A stretch of 64,000 bases of DNA, from IMG/VR virus record IMGVR_UViG_3300050119_000072, positions 1 through 64,000 of that record. One strand, 5' to 3'. The position numbers and the translations under genes are program-made. Within the stretch, counting starts at the first letter, position 1, and the number at the start of each line of letters is the position of its first letter. Shown here piece after piece: positions 47,501 to 56,536 of this stretch. The notes below the pieces were generated by a model. That model did not search any database, was not told the DNA's origin, and was given only the letters and a program-made list of their open reading frames with translations. Origin of the DNA: a virus.

Positions 47501-47547
47501 CCGATGCGCTTAATGCGCGCGTCGTGATGTGGGACAGCGCAGCTTGA
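44503..47547 (+). CDS. Major capsid protein (N4-gp56-like), 3 exons: 44503-44521, 45614-45881, 46842-47547; about 330 aa
   Basis: Joined exons total 993 nt and read MAGQLW/AIPAEGGYMYSDELSDVLR...EAGNSV/PYTGKL...GEIGRYE..RFVEQT...EEIRAKIPGDFGRSRGIAWYYLGGFG; AAGGA SD; first junction uncertain by a few nt. Confidence 0.88.
44522..45613 (+). ncRNA. Group I intron 1 in capsid gene
   Basis: P GAATTGCTGGGA, Q AATCAGCAGCC, R GGTTCAACGACTA, S AAGATATAGTCT; P2 ctgatc-GCAA-gatcag; P9 ctgcatg-GAGA-catgcag. Confidence 0.9.
44746..45498 (-). CDS. Intron-encoded two-motif LAGLIDADG homing endonuclease (antisense to intron)
   Basis: YALGLLSADGSV and FLRGSLDGDGHI; N-terminal HTH-like; GGAGGT SD before ATG at 45498. 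Confidence 0.9.
   Translation of the reverse strand: MRVSKTKLMALYETKHDEQIGKMFGVTGRSVGDWRRHYGIPTKPRVNRYALDHDFFAVINTEQKAYALGLLSADGSVSRSGKQVSIALQVRDKHILYDLRRAMQSDARVFDKAPGGFPGSGPRKQITFDSKKLVADLAKHGIVPGKSVTLRYPNIPWHLERHFLRGSLDGDGHIRALPKKAFYFLGTSAFIDGVANAIHTHTGISLTKARAKECWRLSGYGGSAKVLHWIYRDATISLRRKRRVYLNYWQ
45886..46593 (-). CDS. Intron-encoded HNH homing endonuclease with NUMOD-like repeats (antisense)
   Basis: CQCGC, two (P/V)AWN.GLTK repeats, RDRWTCQECG, LNVDHI, NARTLCFECHKKT. Confidence 0.9.
   Translation of the reverse strand: MPTKAVYQTKVCQCGCKERFKARLNYRHRDRNGKATFPIYKRGHHPNCRKTQTGNIPAWNDGLTKADHPSLERMGFQPGHEPFNDWSKVNERLRNDPKLRKRWLQSKKGQVAWNAGLTKAQYPNGIASGPDHGNWLGGDGGVRDTAAYKEFRRSILKRDRWTCQECGDRNHKGRGSRIVLNVDHIEPICVALDRALDPTNARTLCFECHKKTETYGPKVRLYIKKLGSKRQGGSV
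46601..46630 (-). promoter_or_regulatory. Sigma70-like promoter for intron-2 HNH (leaderless)
   Basis: Minus strand TTGCCT-N18-TATAAT-N7-ATG. Confidence 0.7.
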
Positions 47548-47562
47548 GGAGGGTCAGCACAC

Positions 47563-48315
47563 ATGGCATACGAACAGGCTGACATTCGCGAGTATAGCTG
47601 GGGTCTAGATCAGACCTTCGGCGCCACCACCGTCACGCATCAGATCGTCGGGCCCAAGGGCAAGGTCGGTTTTGTGCGCGATATCTCGGTCGATTGCGCC
47701 ACGTCGTTCTCTGGAACGGTTATTCCGGAAATCGACATTGGCCTTTCCTCTGGCGATTACACCTTTGGGCGCTATCGTCTTGGAACGACCGCGTCCTCCG
47801 GTTACGGCGTTGGCCCGCACAGCGCGAGCCAGGAGGCCATCACCGGCAACCCGCCGCGCACTCTTGCGGATTACACGGGCCACGTCGTTCTCGACGGCGG
47901 CCCGCTCACGTCGCAAGGCATCGCCGGCGGCTCGTACAGCACGCAAGTGCCGGCGGGCCGTATTCCGGCATCGGGCTGGACGATCACGAACGTCGTCAAT
48001 GGCACTAGCAACGTCTGTCGCGTTTACGCGAACGGATTGTCGGCGGCGCCTGGTGGCATTCAGGTCGGACAGACCGTGACGGTGCAGGGCGTCAGTGGCG
48101 CTACCGGCGTCAACGGCATCGCCAAAGTGTCGGCGGTCGACACCACGAACTACCAGTGGTTCGAACTCGGCGGCACGACCTTCGGCGGCACTTACACCAA
48201 CGGAGGTATCGCCTTCCTGAGCGTGTTCGTGACCTTGCTGCAGGGCACGGGTTCTGGCGCTGGCGGCGGTTACGTCCGCGTCAAGATCCAGTGGATCGGT
48301 CCGGATACGCCGTAA
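47563..48315 (+). CDS. Capsid decoration/minor head protein
   Basis: Follows MCP, AGGAG SD; GPKGKVG.VRDI; inserted beta domain VGQTVTVQGVSG.T.VNG. Confidence 0.7.
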   Translation: MAYEQADIREYSWGLDQTFGATTVTHQIVGPKGKVGFVRDISVDCATSFSGTVIPEIDIGLSSGDYTFGRYRLGTTASSGYGVGPHSASQEAITGNPPRTLADYTGHVVLDGGPLTSQGIAGGSYSTQVPAGRIPASGWTITNVVNGTSNVCRVYANGLSAAPGGIQVGQTVTVQGVSGATGVNGIAKVSAVDTTNYQWFELGGTTFGGTYTNGGIAFLSVFVTLLQGTGSGAGGGYVRVKIQWIGPDTP

Positions 48316-48337
48316 TAGGCGGATTGCGAACACCAAA

Positions 48338-48367
48338 GAACGGGGGGCCATCCGGCTCCCCGTTTTC
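48338..48367 (+). terminator. Terminator after capsid genes
   Basis: aacggggggcc-atcc-ggctccccgtt then tt. Confidence 0.7.
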
Positions 48368-48386
48368 ACCAAGAAGGAGCACGCGC

Positions 48387-48623
48387 ATGCGTGGCATCGG
48401 ACTTTTCTTCGGCGGCATGAACGGCAAACGAAACGACCCGGTCAAAGTTGTTGACCCTCATCCGGTCCATGACTACGGCGATGACGTCGAGAAAGGAAAT
48501 GCTGGACTTGACGGCTATACTTGCCTCAGTCGGGCAAATCCAAATGCGCAGGGATCACCACCGCCCGTCGCTGGCGTAATTGGTCCGGTCTACAACGGGC
48601 CAGCAAATGATTTTGAGCAATGA
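48387..48623 (+). CDS. Small hypothetical protein
   Basis: AAGGAG SD. Confidence 0.65.
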   Translation: MRGIGLFFGGMNGKRNDPVKVVDPHPVHDYGDDVEKGNAGLDGYTCLSRANPNAQGSPPPVAGVIGPVYNGPANDFEQ

Positions 48624-48629
48624 CGGGAC

Positions 48630-49343
48630 CTACAGTAAGCGTCCGTTCCTTTGCGCAAAGACAAGCGGGTCTGTCGCGTGCTTTTCCCGATTGCATTTAA
48701 TACAAAGTAACTGAATGTTCTCAATGTAATTTGAGCCGCCTTTTGCTAATGGAACATAATGGTCGACTTCGTACTTTCCATTTAGCCTGCGGAAACAGAA
48801 CGCGCATTTGCCGGACTGTTTATCATATAGGGCGTTGACTTGTTTCTGCGTGTGGCGACCTGCTGCCCCTCTTTCTTTGGCGCGACGGTTGCGGCGTTTT
48901 TGTTTACGCACGTCAGGATGACGTTTCTCCCACGCGCGTTTGGTGGCGTTTATCCGTATTTTGTGGCGCTCTCGGATGCGCCTGTCTTGTTTTCTTACTT
49001 TCGCAGGGTGCGTTTGCCTTTCTTTCTTATGTTTCTCTCTAATCGTTTCCGCGTTCCGCGAATAATAATCTTCGCCACAAGCTCGCAGCCCTTTTTGATA
49101 CGCCTTAGCGCGCGGTAGTTCTACGTCTCTATTCCTCTCGTAGTGCCTGCGCCTCGCAGCCTTTTTCTTCGACGGATTTGCTGCGCTCCATATACGATAG
49201 GCTTCTGCGCAACACTCAACACATTGATTTTGGTGAGTGTAGCGCTCGCATACATGACCGTTCTTGCACGAGACGCCAGAGTAATAACGCTTTAGCCCAG
49301 CGGCTTTGGCGTCGCGTCTACGCAGAATCATGGTGGTGCCCAT
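48630..49343 (-). CDS. Free-standing HNH endonuclease
   Basis: AK..GLKRYYSG..CKNGH..ERY...CVEC; QSGKCAFC...VDHYVPLAKGGSN...NIQLLC..CN..K. Confidence 0.92.
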   Translation of the reverse strand: MGTTMILRRRDAKAAGLKRYYSGVSCKNGHVCERYTHQNQCVECCAEAYRIWSAANPSKKKAARRRHYERNRDVELPRAKAYQKGLRACGEDYYSRNAETIREKHKKERQTHPAKVRKQDRRIRERHKIRINATKRAWEKRHPDVRKQKRRNRRAKERGAAGRHTQKQVNALYDKQSGKCAFCFRRLNGKYEVDHYVPLAKGGSNYIENIQLLCIKCNREKHATDPLVFAQRNGRLL

Positions 49344-49393
49344 GACAAAAACTAGCACCGCCCCACGATAGCAATCAACCGAAAGGAAACACA

Positions 49394-49708
49394 ATGGCTA
49401 AAGATATGTCGAAGGGTCCCTACAAAAAGGATCACCCAGAAAATTTTATTGAAGGAGCCTTGACCGGTGGTCATGGTCCCTCGGAAGGCATCCACGAAAC
49501 GCACGTCGATCGCCCGCACCAGACCATCAATACCGCGGTCGCAATGGACAACGTCAAGCTCGCAATGCCGATCAAGACCTCGATCCTCGACGATGAGTTC
49601 CCCGGCGGCGTGGACAACCTCAAGCATTCACTCAGCGGCGCGTCCGCGGTGAACGAGGAAGTCGGCGCGGCTGGACCGGTACGCCACATTATCGTACCTG
49701 GGCATTGA
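49394..49708 (+). CDS. Hypothetical head-associated protein
   Basis: AAGGA SD; NLKHSLSGASA motif. Confidence 0.7.
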   Translation: MAKDMSKGPYKKDHPENFIEGALTGGHGPSEGIHETHVDRPHQTINTAVAMDNVKLAMPIKTSILDDEFPGGVDNLKHSLSGASAVNEEVGAAGPVRHIIVPGH

Positions 49709-49709
49709 C

Positions 49710-50294
49710 CTACAAGTTGCTCCCGCCTGTCTCATCGATGGGCGGGGGCTTCTTGTGGTATCGTCGGTCTGCGCGTTTGGGTCGGCGGTTTAATGCCTGC
49801 TCGCTCCAAGTTGCCCATCGACAATTTGACGGCATGTAATTGCCGTCCCGGTCTGGGTATCTGTCGAGGGTTAGGTGTTCTGCGAAGCCGTTGGCTAATG
49901 CCCAATCACGGAAGCAGTGGACCGAATGCCATTCGGCGCACACGCGAATCCCGCGGCCGCCGTAGTATTCAAATTTCTCGGTCTTTGGATTCTCGCATCT
50001 ATTCAGCATTGCCCTCCAAGCCCTGTATATCTTCGTGCCGTCCAATCCATGCTTCCGGTTAGCGCGGCCAGTCGCGGCAATAGCTTCGCGCTTTTGACAC
50101 CCGCAACTCTTGGTATTGCCGCTTCTGACGCTTTCGAGGCGAGCGACCACCATTGTTCCGCAGTCGCATCGAAACCGCCAAAGTATCTTTCGACGTGTCC
50201 CCGCTTCGCGGCCCGCAGATTTAACCGCGGTCAATCTATTGAACCGCTGTCCAGGAGAGGTTTTTCGGCTATAGGGTGCGGCAGCCTTTGTCAT
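49710..50294 (-). CDS. Free-standing HNH-type homing endonuclease
   Basis: GQRFNRLT...W...CDCG...SGNTKSCGC, W.AM..RC.N....YGGRGIRVC..W, LTLDR...DGNY.PSNCRWAT..EQ..NRR. Confidence 0.9.
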   Translation of the reverse strand: MTKAAAPYSRKTSPGQRFNRLTAVKSAGREAGTRRKILWRFRCDCGTMVVARLESVRSGNTKSCGCQKREAIAATGRANRKHGLDGTKIYRAWRAMLNRCENPKTEKFEYYGGRGIRVCAEWHSVHCFRDWALANGFAEHLTLDRYPDRDGNYMPSNCRWATWSEQALNRRPKRADRRYHKKPPPIDETGGSNL

Positions 50295-50318
50295 GGGTCC
50301 ATCCATCGACTGAGGTTA

Positions 50319-50385
50319 GGCCCCCACAAGCGCGTCAACGCGGTGGGGGCCGCACTTTTATAGAACTGAGTCGTACTCTACGCAA
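50319..50385 (-). promoter_or_regulatory. Promoter plus 5' leader hairpin of the 49710 endonuclease
   Basis: TTGCGT-N17-TATAAA then ggcccccac-cgcg-ttga-cgcg-(ctt)-gtgggggcc. Confidence 0.65.
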
Positions 50386-50411
50386 CGCTTACCAACCAAA
50401 GGAACCTCTCT

Positions 50412-50984
50412 ATGAGCGATACCGTACCCGTCATCCGTCTCGACCGATCAAAAGTTTTCTCCGAGGTGCACGGCGAGCGCACCCCGGAAGATCCGCACTA
50501 CCACGTACATTATTGGCAAGGCGGCAAGGTCGGCAACGCCATCGTGCTCTTGCCATTCGACGCCAACGGTCTGCTCGTCCCCGACGATGGCCGCAAAGAG
50601 CCTTTCATGGGCATGGGGTCGGACAGCAAGCCGGTCGAATATCGACCGCTCTATAACCAGGCCATGCGCGACATGCTTGAGCGCAGGATGAAGCGGCTGG
50701 CTGTGCCGGCGGCGGCCGCCGACGCGGAAACCGACGAAACGCCTGGCGAAGGCGAGCCGGGAGATATGCCGGGCAATGATGGCGTGAACCTGGAGTCGTG
50801 GCTGCGCGGCGAAGCGCAATATCAGCCGCACCAGATCAAATCGGCGTTCAAAGAACGCTACCACCGCAATGTGCAGAAGGTGTCGGAGATCGTCGTCGAG
50901 TTGGTCCTCGACGAAAAGCTGGTCGGGGAAGATGAAGTTTGCCCTGCTCTGGCCAAGCACCTGCCGGCGAAAGTCGCAGCCTAA
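50412..50984 (+). CDS. Hypothetical protein
   Basis: LDRSK.F.EVHG....WQ.G...FD..G; AAGGA SD. Confidence 0.75.
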   Translation: MSDTVPVIRLDRSKVFSEVHGERTPEDPHYHVHYWQGGKVGNAIVLLPFDANGLLVPDDGRKEPFMGMGSDSKPVEYRPLYNQAMRDMLERRMKRLAVPAAAADAETDETPGEGEPGDMPGNDGVNLESWLRGEAQYQPHQIKSAFKERYHRNVQKVSEIVVELVLDEKLVGEDEVCPALAKHLPAKVAA

Positions 50985-51003
50985 AACCACAGGCGATTTG
51001 TTG

Positions 51004-51040
51004 AAACGGCCGCTCCATCGGGGCGGCCGTTGTCGTTTCT
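51004..51040 (+). terminator. Terminator-like hairpin
   Basis: aacggccgctcc-atc-ggggcggccgtt. Confidence 0.55.
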
Positions 51041-51061
51041 CTCGCGTGATCGAGTTTTGCC

Positions 51062-51961
51062 ATGGCGATGACGTATTCAAGCTTAATCGCCAGCAAAGGC
51101 AGTTCCGGCTCGATCGCCACGTGGGTGGCCTACTCGCTTCTGGATTTGCCGCCGATCGTCGATGAGGCACAATCGCTGGTGTACGGCTTGTTGCGCTGCC
51201 GGGAAATGATGACGGAGTTAAGCTTCTCCGTTCCGGTCAACGGCTCATATATCGACCTCCCGGACCGCTTTCTCGACCCTATCGGGCGCATGAAGCTAAC
51301 GAGCTTCAACACGCCAATTCGCCACAAGGATTCCGGCTCGCTCCAACAAAACCGCAATTACGACGAGCTGTCCGGCACGCTCGGCGCCAATCCGTTCACA
51401 ACCGTAGCGTCCTCCAATCTGGTGACAGTCGCGCTCGATGGCAGCGGGTTCACCCAGGACTCGGTGTTCAATACGTCGGGCGCCACGGCCTTTAACGGCG
51501 CCGCAATCAACGGCACGTTTCCGATCACGGATATTGCCGCCGATGGTAATAGCTTCACCATCGATATCTCCATTCTCGGCACCACGCCAAGCGCGTCTGG
51601 CGCAGGCGGCGGATCGGCTGTGGATTATATCTGCGACCAGCTTATCGCTGGCATACCGCAGTGGTGGGCAATCTGGAACGAGCAACTCAAGTTTGACGTG
51701 GCGTTTAGCCAACAATCGCTCGGCAAGTTGCAATACTACCGCAGCCTCCCGTTGCTCTCGACCAGCAACCAAAGCAATTTTCTCACCAATCGATACCCGC
51801 AGTTAATGCGAACGGCCTGCGTCACCGCAGCCGCCGATTTTATGAAAGACGACGCCGAATATCAAAAGGGGCTCACGCGCCTCGAAACCCTCGTGCAGAC
51901 CATCAGCATCGAAAATGATGGCCAGTTGCGCGGGATGGAATTGGACCCGTTCATCCCATGA
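51062..51961 (+). CDS. Head-tail adaptor protein with inserted beta domain
   Basis: MTYSSL...I..W, LR.REM, LP..FL, L.YY..LP.LS..N..NFLT..YP.L. Confidence 0.8.
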   Translation: MAMTYSSLIASKGSSGSIATWVAYSLLDLPPIVDEAQSLVYGLLRCREMMTELSFSVPVNGSYIDLPDRFLDPIGRMKLTSFNTPIRHKDSGSLQQNRNYDELSGTLGANPFTTVASSNLVTVALDGSGFTQDSVFNTSGATAFNGAAINGTFPITDIAADGNSFTIDISILGTTPSASGAGGGSAVDYICDQLIAGIPQWWAIWNEQLKFDVAFSQQSLGKLQYYRSLPLLSTSNQSNFLTNRYPQLMRTACVTAAADFMKDDAEYQKGLTRLETLVQTISIENDGQLRGMELDPFIP

Positions 51962-54195
51962 CGTCCGATACATATTCCAGCACACTTGGCGTCCTCTTCA
52001 TGGGGACAGGAAACGACAACAATACGTGGGGCACCAACGCCAACGCGGCCGTCTTTCAGATATTGGAAGATGCGATTGCCAATGTGCTCACATCGTCCGT
52101 CACCGGCGGCACGCTCGATCTTTCCGGTAGTCCGCCCCCGGCTGCGGCCTCACAAGTGCGCTTTGCTGCACTCGTGTTCACCGGTACGCTTGCCAGCGCG
52201 CAGACGATCCGCGTTCCGAACCTGCCAAAATTCTGGTGGGTCCAGAATGCGACCAGCGGCGCCTTCGCGCTGCAAATAGAAACTTATGCCAGTTCCACTG
52301 CCGGCACGCCGCAGACAATTCCGCAGAACTCTGGGTGGCAGCTTGTCTATTGCGATGGGGCCGGCGATATCGTGGTATTCCCGTTCAATTCCATCCAGGT
52401 TCAAATGCCGGACGGCTCAAAGCTGCTGCCGAGCTATGCCTTTATAAACGACAGCACGAGCGGCTTGTTTCTCCCGAGTGTAACGGTCACCGACGGCGCC
52501 ATGGATGGCAGTACGTCGGCATTGCAATGCACGACGTCAAACCCGTTCCAGCCTTCCGATGTAGGGCGGCGTATTGTGGTGGCGGGCGCTGGCGCAGCCG
52601 GTGCCAATCTAGTTACTACGATTGCCGCGTATACGAGCCCAAGCGAGGTCTCCACAACCGCCAACTCGCAGACTTTAGTGAGCGGCGCAACCGTCGCCTA
52701 CGACGGCTTCAAAGTTGGCATCACTGCCGAGGGTGGCACATTCGGCATCATCATCAATCCATTGGGGATGAAGGCGTCTACAATTGGCTCAATAGTCGCC
52801 GGCGGCACAAATTACGCAATTGGCGACACCGTCGTTCCAACGGGCGGCACTGCACTACGGAATTTCTTGCTCACTGTAGAGAGCGTGTCCGGCGGAGTGG
52901 TGACCGGGCTCACGATCACGGACGCCGGTCTCTATCATGCGGTGCCACCAAATCCTGTGGCTCAAGGGTCGACGTCTGGGTCCGGTTCAGGATTGACGGT
53001 CGATATTACTTGGGTGAATGCTAACCTTCTCTCCGCGCCAACGGGAACGTCGTTGCTGCCTGCGCTTGGTCTTTCAAGTTTTATGCAGGCGTTTGTCATT
53101 TTGGAAAGCGCGGTGGCGGCCGGCACCGCGCTAATCGCTGGCGGCGGCTTCGGCGCTCTTGCTGCCGCAAACACTGTTACGCAGCCGCTTCTTGCGCCTG
53201 GCGCAGCGCCGCTTCCTTACGTCGCCGCACAAATCAACGACAATCTGCACATCTTAAACGACGCCACAAACGCGACCCGCGATATTAACGTCACGCCTGG
53301 TCGCGTGCGCGATGACAGCGACGCCACAAATATCCAAGTCGCCGCGACTATGTATAAGCGGCTCGATACCTCGTGGGTAGCCGGCGGCATTAGCGGGACG
53401 CCACAAGGCGCGTGCGATAGCGGCAGCAAAGGCACCAACCAAACTTGGCATGTTTTTGCTATAGGCTCATTGGCCAATTCGCCGGCAACCTACTCCCGCT
53501 CTGGCAGTACGGTGACGTTGAAGTTTGCCACAACGCCGCCAGGCGGAATTGGCAGCACTCTCCGTGTTATCGGGATTGGCGCAGGCTTCGACGGCATCTA
53601 TCCTGTCACCGGCACCGGCACAGACGCGCTAACCTATACCAGTGGGACGTCCGGGACCGTAAACACCACTTCGGTCCCCGCTGGAACTACAGCCGACCTA
53701 TTCGATATTCTAGCGTCGCAAAGCTATAGCTCGCCAACCCTTCCGTCGGGCTGGACGGTTAAACAATGCTTGGGCTCGATCCTTACGGACGTCGCAGACG
53801 CCAACATCATGCAGTTCACACAAGTCGGGGACGAATTCCGGCTGAGTGTGATGGTGCCAACGACCGCATCAATGTCGACCACTGCGTCTCTGGTCACGCT
53901 GGCAGCGTTGCCATTGGGTGTGAAGGTATATGCGGAACTGCGAATCTATTTCAGTCCCGGTGCAGCCGGCACTCAAATTGGTTTTATGCTGCAATCGCCG
54001 GATGAAACAGGCGTCAACGCCGCTCTCACCATTCCTGGTACGTGGCAGAGCATCGTACAGCAGGCGAGCGAATTTGAAGCGGTAGAGCGCACGAATACGT
54101 CCGCTCAAGTTCTTACGTCTCTTTCGGGCACTGGCGGCACCGTTGTCACGTTCGCGGTCAAAGGCTGGCGCGATCCACGACGCCGATTGTTCTAA
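51958..54195 (+). CDS. Tail fibre/spike protein
   Basis: TYSSTLG....GTG...NTWG..AN..F.ILE.AI N-terminal anchor, mosaic beta domains. Confidence 0.8.
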   Translation: MTSDTYSSTLGVLFMGTGNDNNTWGTNANAAVFQILEDAIANVLTSSVTGGTLDLSGSPPPAAASQVRFAALVFTGTLASAQTIRVPNLPKFWWVQNATSGAFALQIETYASSTAGTPQTIPQNSGWQLVYCDGAGDIVVFPFNSIQVQMPDGSKLLPSYAFINDSTSGLFLPSVTVTDGAMDGSTSALQCTTSNPFQPSDVGRRIVVAGAGAAGANLVTTIAAYTSPSEVSTTANSQTLVSGATVAYDGFKVGITAEGGTFGIIINPLGMKASTIGSIVAGGTNYAIGDTVVPTGGTALRNFLLTVESVSGGVVTGLTITDAGLYHAVPPNPVAQGSTSGSGSGLTVDITWVNANLLSAPTGTSLLPALGLSSFMQAFVILESAVAAGTALIAGGGFGALAAANTVTQPLLAPGAAPLPYVAAQINDNLHILNDATNATRDINVTPGRVRDDSDATNIQVAATMYKRLDTSWVAGGISGTPQGACDSGSKGTNQTWHVFAIGSLANSPATYSRSGSTVTLKFATTPPGGIGSTLRVIGIGAGFDGIYPVTGTGTDALTYTSGTSGTVNTTSVPAGTTADLFDILASQSYSSPTLPSGWTVKQCLGSILTDVADANIMQFTQVGDEFRLSVMVPTTASMSTTASLVTLAALPLGVKVYAELRIYFSPGAAGTQIGFMLQSPDETGVNAALTIPGTWQSIVQQASEFEAVERTNTSAQVLTSLSGTGGTVVTFAVKGWRDPRRRLF

Positions 54196-54198
54196 GCC

Positions 54199-56289
54199 AT
54201 GTCGCAGGTTTCCCCGCTTCCGATTGCACCACCGCCAGGCGTGGTGGTTACGGAGACTGATCGTGTGGCAGAGGGGCGCTGGATTGCGCCGTTCGATAAA
54301 ATACGATTTGTAAAAGCGCGCGCGCAGAAGATTGGCGGCAATATCCGCGTTACTTCGACGCCTATGTCTGGCACCCCGCGCGCAATGTTGGCGTGGCGCG
54401 ACTTTCTGCAAAATCAATACGTTGCGTCCGGGACGTATCGAAAGCTCTACGCCTTCGATAGCGGATACAATCTCACCGATATCACGCCGTTTTCCTCGAC
54501 CGGTTCGCTTAATCAAGGCGGCATCGTCGCTCGCGGCGCGATTACGGGTGGCAGCCTCTATACCAACGGCACCTATACGAATGTGCCTCTTACTGGTGGG
54601 TCTGGCTCCGGGGCCAAGGCAACAGTCGTCGTCTCCGGCGGTGTCGTAAGCGCGGTCACGATTACAGCACCGGGCGACCTTTACAAAACATCGGATAGCC
54701 TTTCGGCAGTGGCTGCCAATATAGGTGGCACCGGTTCAGGTTTTGCCCTTGCAATCAGTACGATTGGGCCGTTTTTTACGACGTCATCGTCGACCTCGGT
54801 GCAGGTGACGAACAAGGCCCATGGACGCAATGTCGGAGATACCGCAATTTACGCGGCCGCTGCGACATTTAATGGCGTGTCGATGGTCGGCAGCTTTATT
54901 GTCCAGACAGTTGTCGATGCAAACCACTACACTGTAACCGCGACGGCCACCGCGACTGGCACCGGGTTCGGCGGCGGCAACTCCGTCACTTACAGTGACG
55001 AGATCCCGGTCGGGACAGAATTAGGTGCATACGGTCTTGGCTGGGGCGTTGGTCCGTGGGGCCTGGGAGAATGGGGCAACGCGCGCGGCGCATCAACTAT
55101 CTTCACAGAGCCCCGCGTTTGGTCTCTCGATTATTTCGGTGACATTCTGGTCGCCACCTATAACGGCGGCTCGCTCTGGTTTTTTGATCCAACCCAAGAC
55201 GAGCCATGGCCGCGCGCCGTGGCTACCTTCGAAAGCCAAAGTGTCGTCAGCGCCCCGACTAATTTCCGCGCCATGTTTATTACGCCGGAGCGGTTTATCT
55301 TCGGATTGTGCGACGCGATGGTGGTCAACGTCTGTTCGCAGGGCGATCCGACCATATGGACGCCGGCAACGACAAACACGGCCTTCGCACGCACCTTGCA
55401 GAACGGCACCAAGCTCGTCAGCGGACGAGTGCTGGCACCGTTCATTTCGTTGGTATGGTCGGACTCAGCGGTCTACCTGTTCCAATATACTGGCTCGCAA
55501 TTCATCTATAATTCCAGCGTGGCCGGTCTCGATTGCGGCCTGATTGCGCCCGGCGCGGCTGTGACCGTAGATGGCGTCGCCTATTGGATGGGAGCCGATA
55601 ATTTCTACTCCTACAACGGCTCGGTCTCCCGCATGCCGAATGTGGAAGATATCCGCCAATACGTATTCGACGCGGTTCCCGACACATTGGCCTTCCAGTG
55701 CACGGCAATCTACGTCGCCAAGTACCACGAAATATGGTGGTTCTATCCGACGGCCGGCGCGACCAATCCGACCAACTACGTCATCTTTCACATCAACGAT
55801 CAATGCTGGTCGATTGGCACCGCGGATTTCTATTCGAGCGCTGGCGTTACCGCGGCGCGCGCCTCCGGCACGCATTTCACGCAAGGTGATACATCGCCTT
55901 TGATGGCCGGGACGGATGGGTACATATACAACCACGACCCGATTGGCGACACATTCAACGACAACGGCAATCCGCTGACGTGGACGCTGACGCTCGCTCC
56001 CTACGCGTTGCAAGAGGGCATTCAAAATATCGACGTGGAAGGCATCCTGTTCGATTTCTTCGAGCAAAGCGGCAATATATCGGCAACGGTCAATATGTGG
56101 GACCGGCTCACCGACCTAGCGCCGATCGATACGCAGACCTCAATTATCCCAGACGCGCAGGCCGGGTTAACGGATTTTAGAGTGGGCGGCCGCTATCTTG
56201 CCATGACACTCACCTCGTCCGATCTCGGCAACTACATGCGCTACGGAAAGCCGGTCGCTTACCCAAAGACCGCTGGGCGCCGTCGCTGA
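54199..56289 (+). CDS. Tail nozzle/DNA stabilisation protein (P22 gp10-like beta propeller)
   Basis: PPGVV...T....GRW.....RF....QKIGG, RVWSLD.FG..L, CGLI.P.A.......YWMG, EIWWFYP. Confidence 0.8.
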   Translation: MSQVSPLPIAPPPGVVVTETDRVAEGRWIAPFDKIRFVKARAQKIGGNIRVTSTPMSGTPRAMLAWRDFLQNQYVASGTYRKLYAFDSGYNLTDITPFSSTGSLNQGGIVARGAITGGSLYTNGTYTNVPLTGGSGSGAKATVVVSGGVVSAVTITAPGDLYKTSDSLSAVAANIGGTGSGFALAISTIGPFFTTSSSTSVQVTNKAHGRNVGDTAIYAAAATFNGVSMVGSFIVQTVVDANHYTVTATATATGTGFGGGNSVTYSDEIPVGTELGAYGLGWGVGPWGLGEWGNARGASTIFTEPRVWSLDYFGDILVATYNGGSLWFFDPTQDEPWPRAVATFESQSVVSAPTNFRAMFITPERFIFGLCDAMVVNVCSQGDPTIWTPATTNTAFARTLQNGTKLVSGRVLAPFISLVWSDSAVYLFQYTGSQFIYNSSVAGLDCGLIAPGAAVTVDGVAYWMGADNFYSYNGSVSRMPNVEDIRQYVFDAVPDTLAFQCTAIYVAKYHEIWWFYPTAGATNPTNYVIFHINDQCWSIGTADFYSSAGVTAARASGTHFTQGDTSPLMAGTDGYIYNHDPIGDTFNDNGNPLTWTLTLAPYALQEGIQNIDVEGILFDFFEQSGNISATVNMWDRLTDLAPIDTQTSIIPDAQAGLTDFRVGGRYLAMTLTSSDLGNYMRYGKPVAYPKTAGRRR

Positions 56290-56305
56290 TGTTAAGGAAT
56301 ACACA

Positions 56306-56536
56306 ATGAGACCCGTGACCATTGATCCAAATAATGTCCCGGCGGCCCTCACAGAAATTCAGCGGGCGTCACATGAAAATGACGTTTGCGAAATGGCGCA
56401 GAACTTCGATTTTGACGCGGCGGTGACGCAGACAACGACGCTCGCGGTCGGGACGCCTTCGCTCGACAACGTGGTCAATGTGCTCGGCACGCTTCTGCAA
56501 ATCCATCAGCGCGGCGGCTTGAACCGCACAACCTGA
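56306..56536 (+). CDS. Small tail-associated protein
   Basis: AL.EI.RAS motif; AAGGA SD. Confidence 0.65.
   Translation: MRPVTIDPNNVPAALTEIQRASHENDVCEMAQNFDFDAAVTQTTTLAVGTPSLDNVVNVLGTLLQIHQRGGLNRTT

Noticed and set aside
46867-47547. 226 aa ORF as complete capsid protein
   Set aside because: Lacks the N-terminal third, no SD; it is exon 3
48621-49716. GACCTACA shared at the 3' junctions of two endonucleases as target-site duplication
   Set aside because: Only 8 nt, partly dictated by the stop codon, and not flanking a single element; weak
48624-50410. Free-standing HNH genes as further introns
   Set aside because: No P/Q/R/S core found and flanking genes have their own starts and stops
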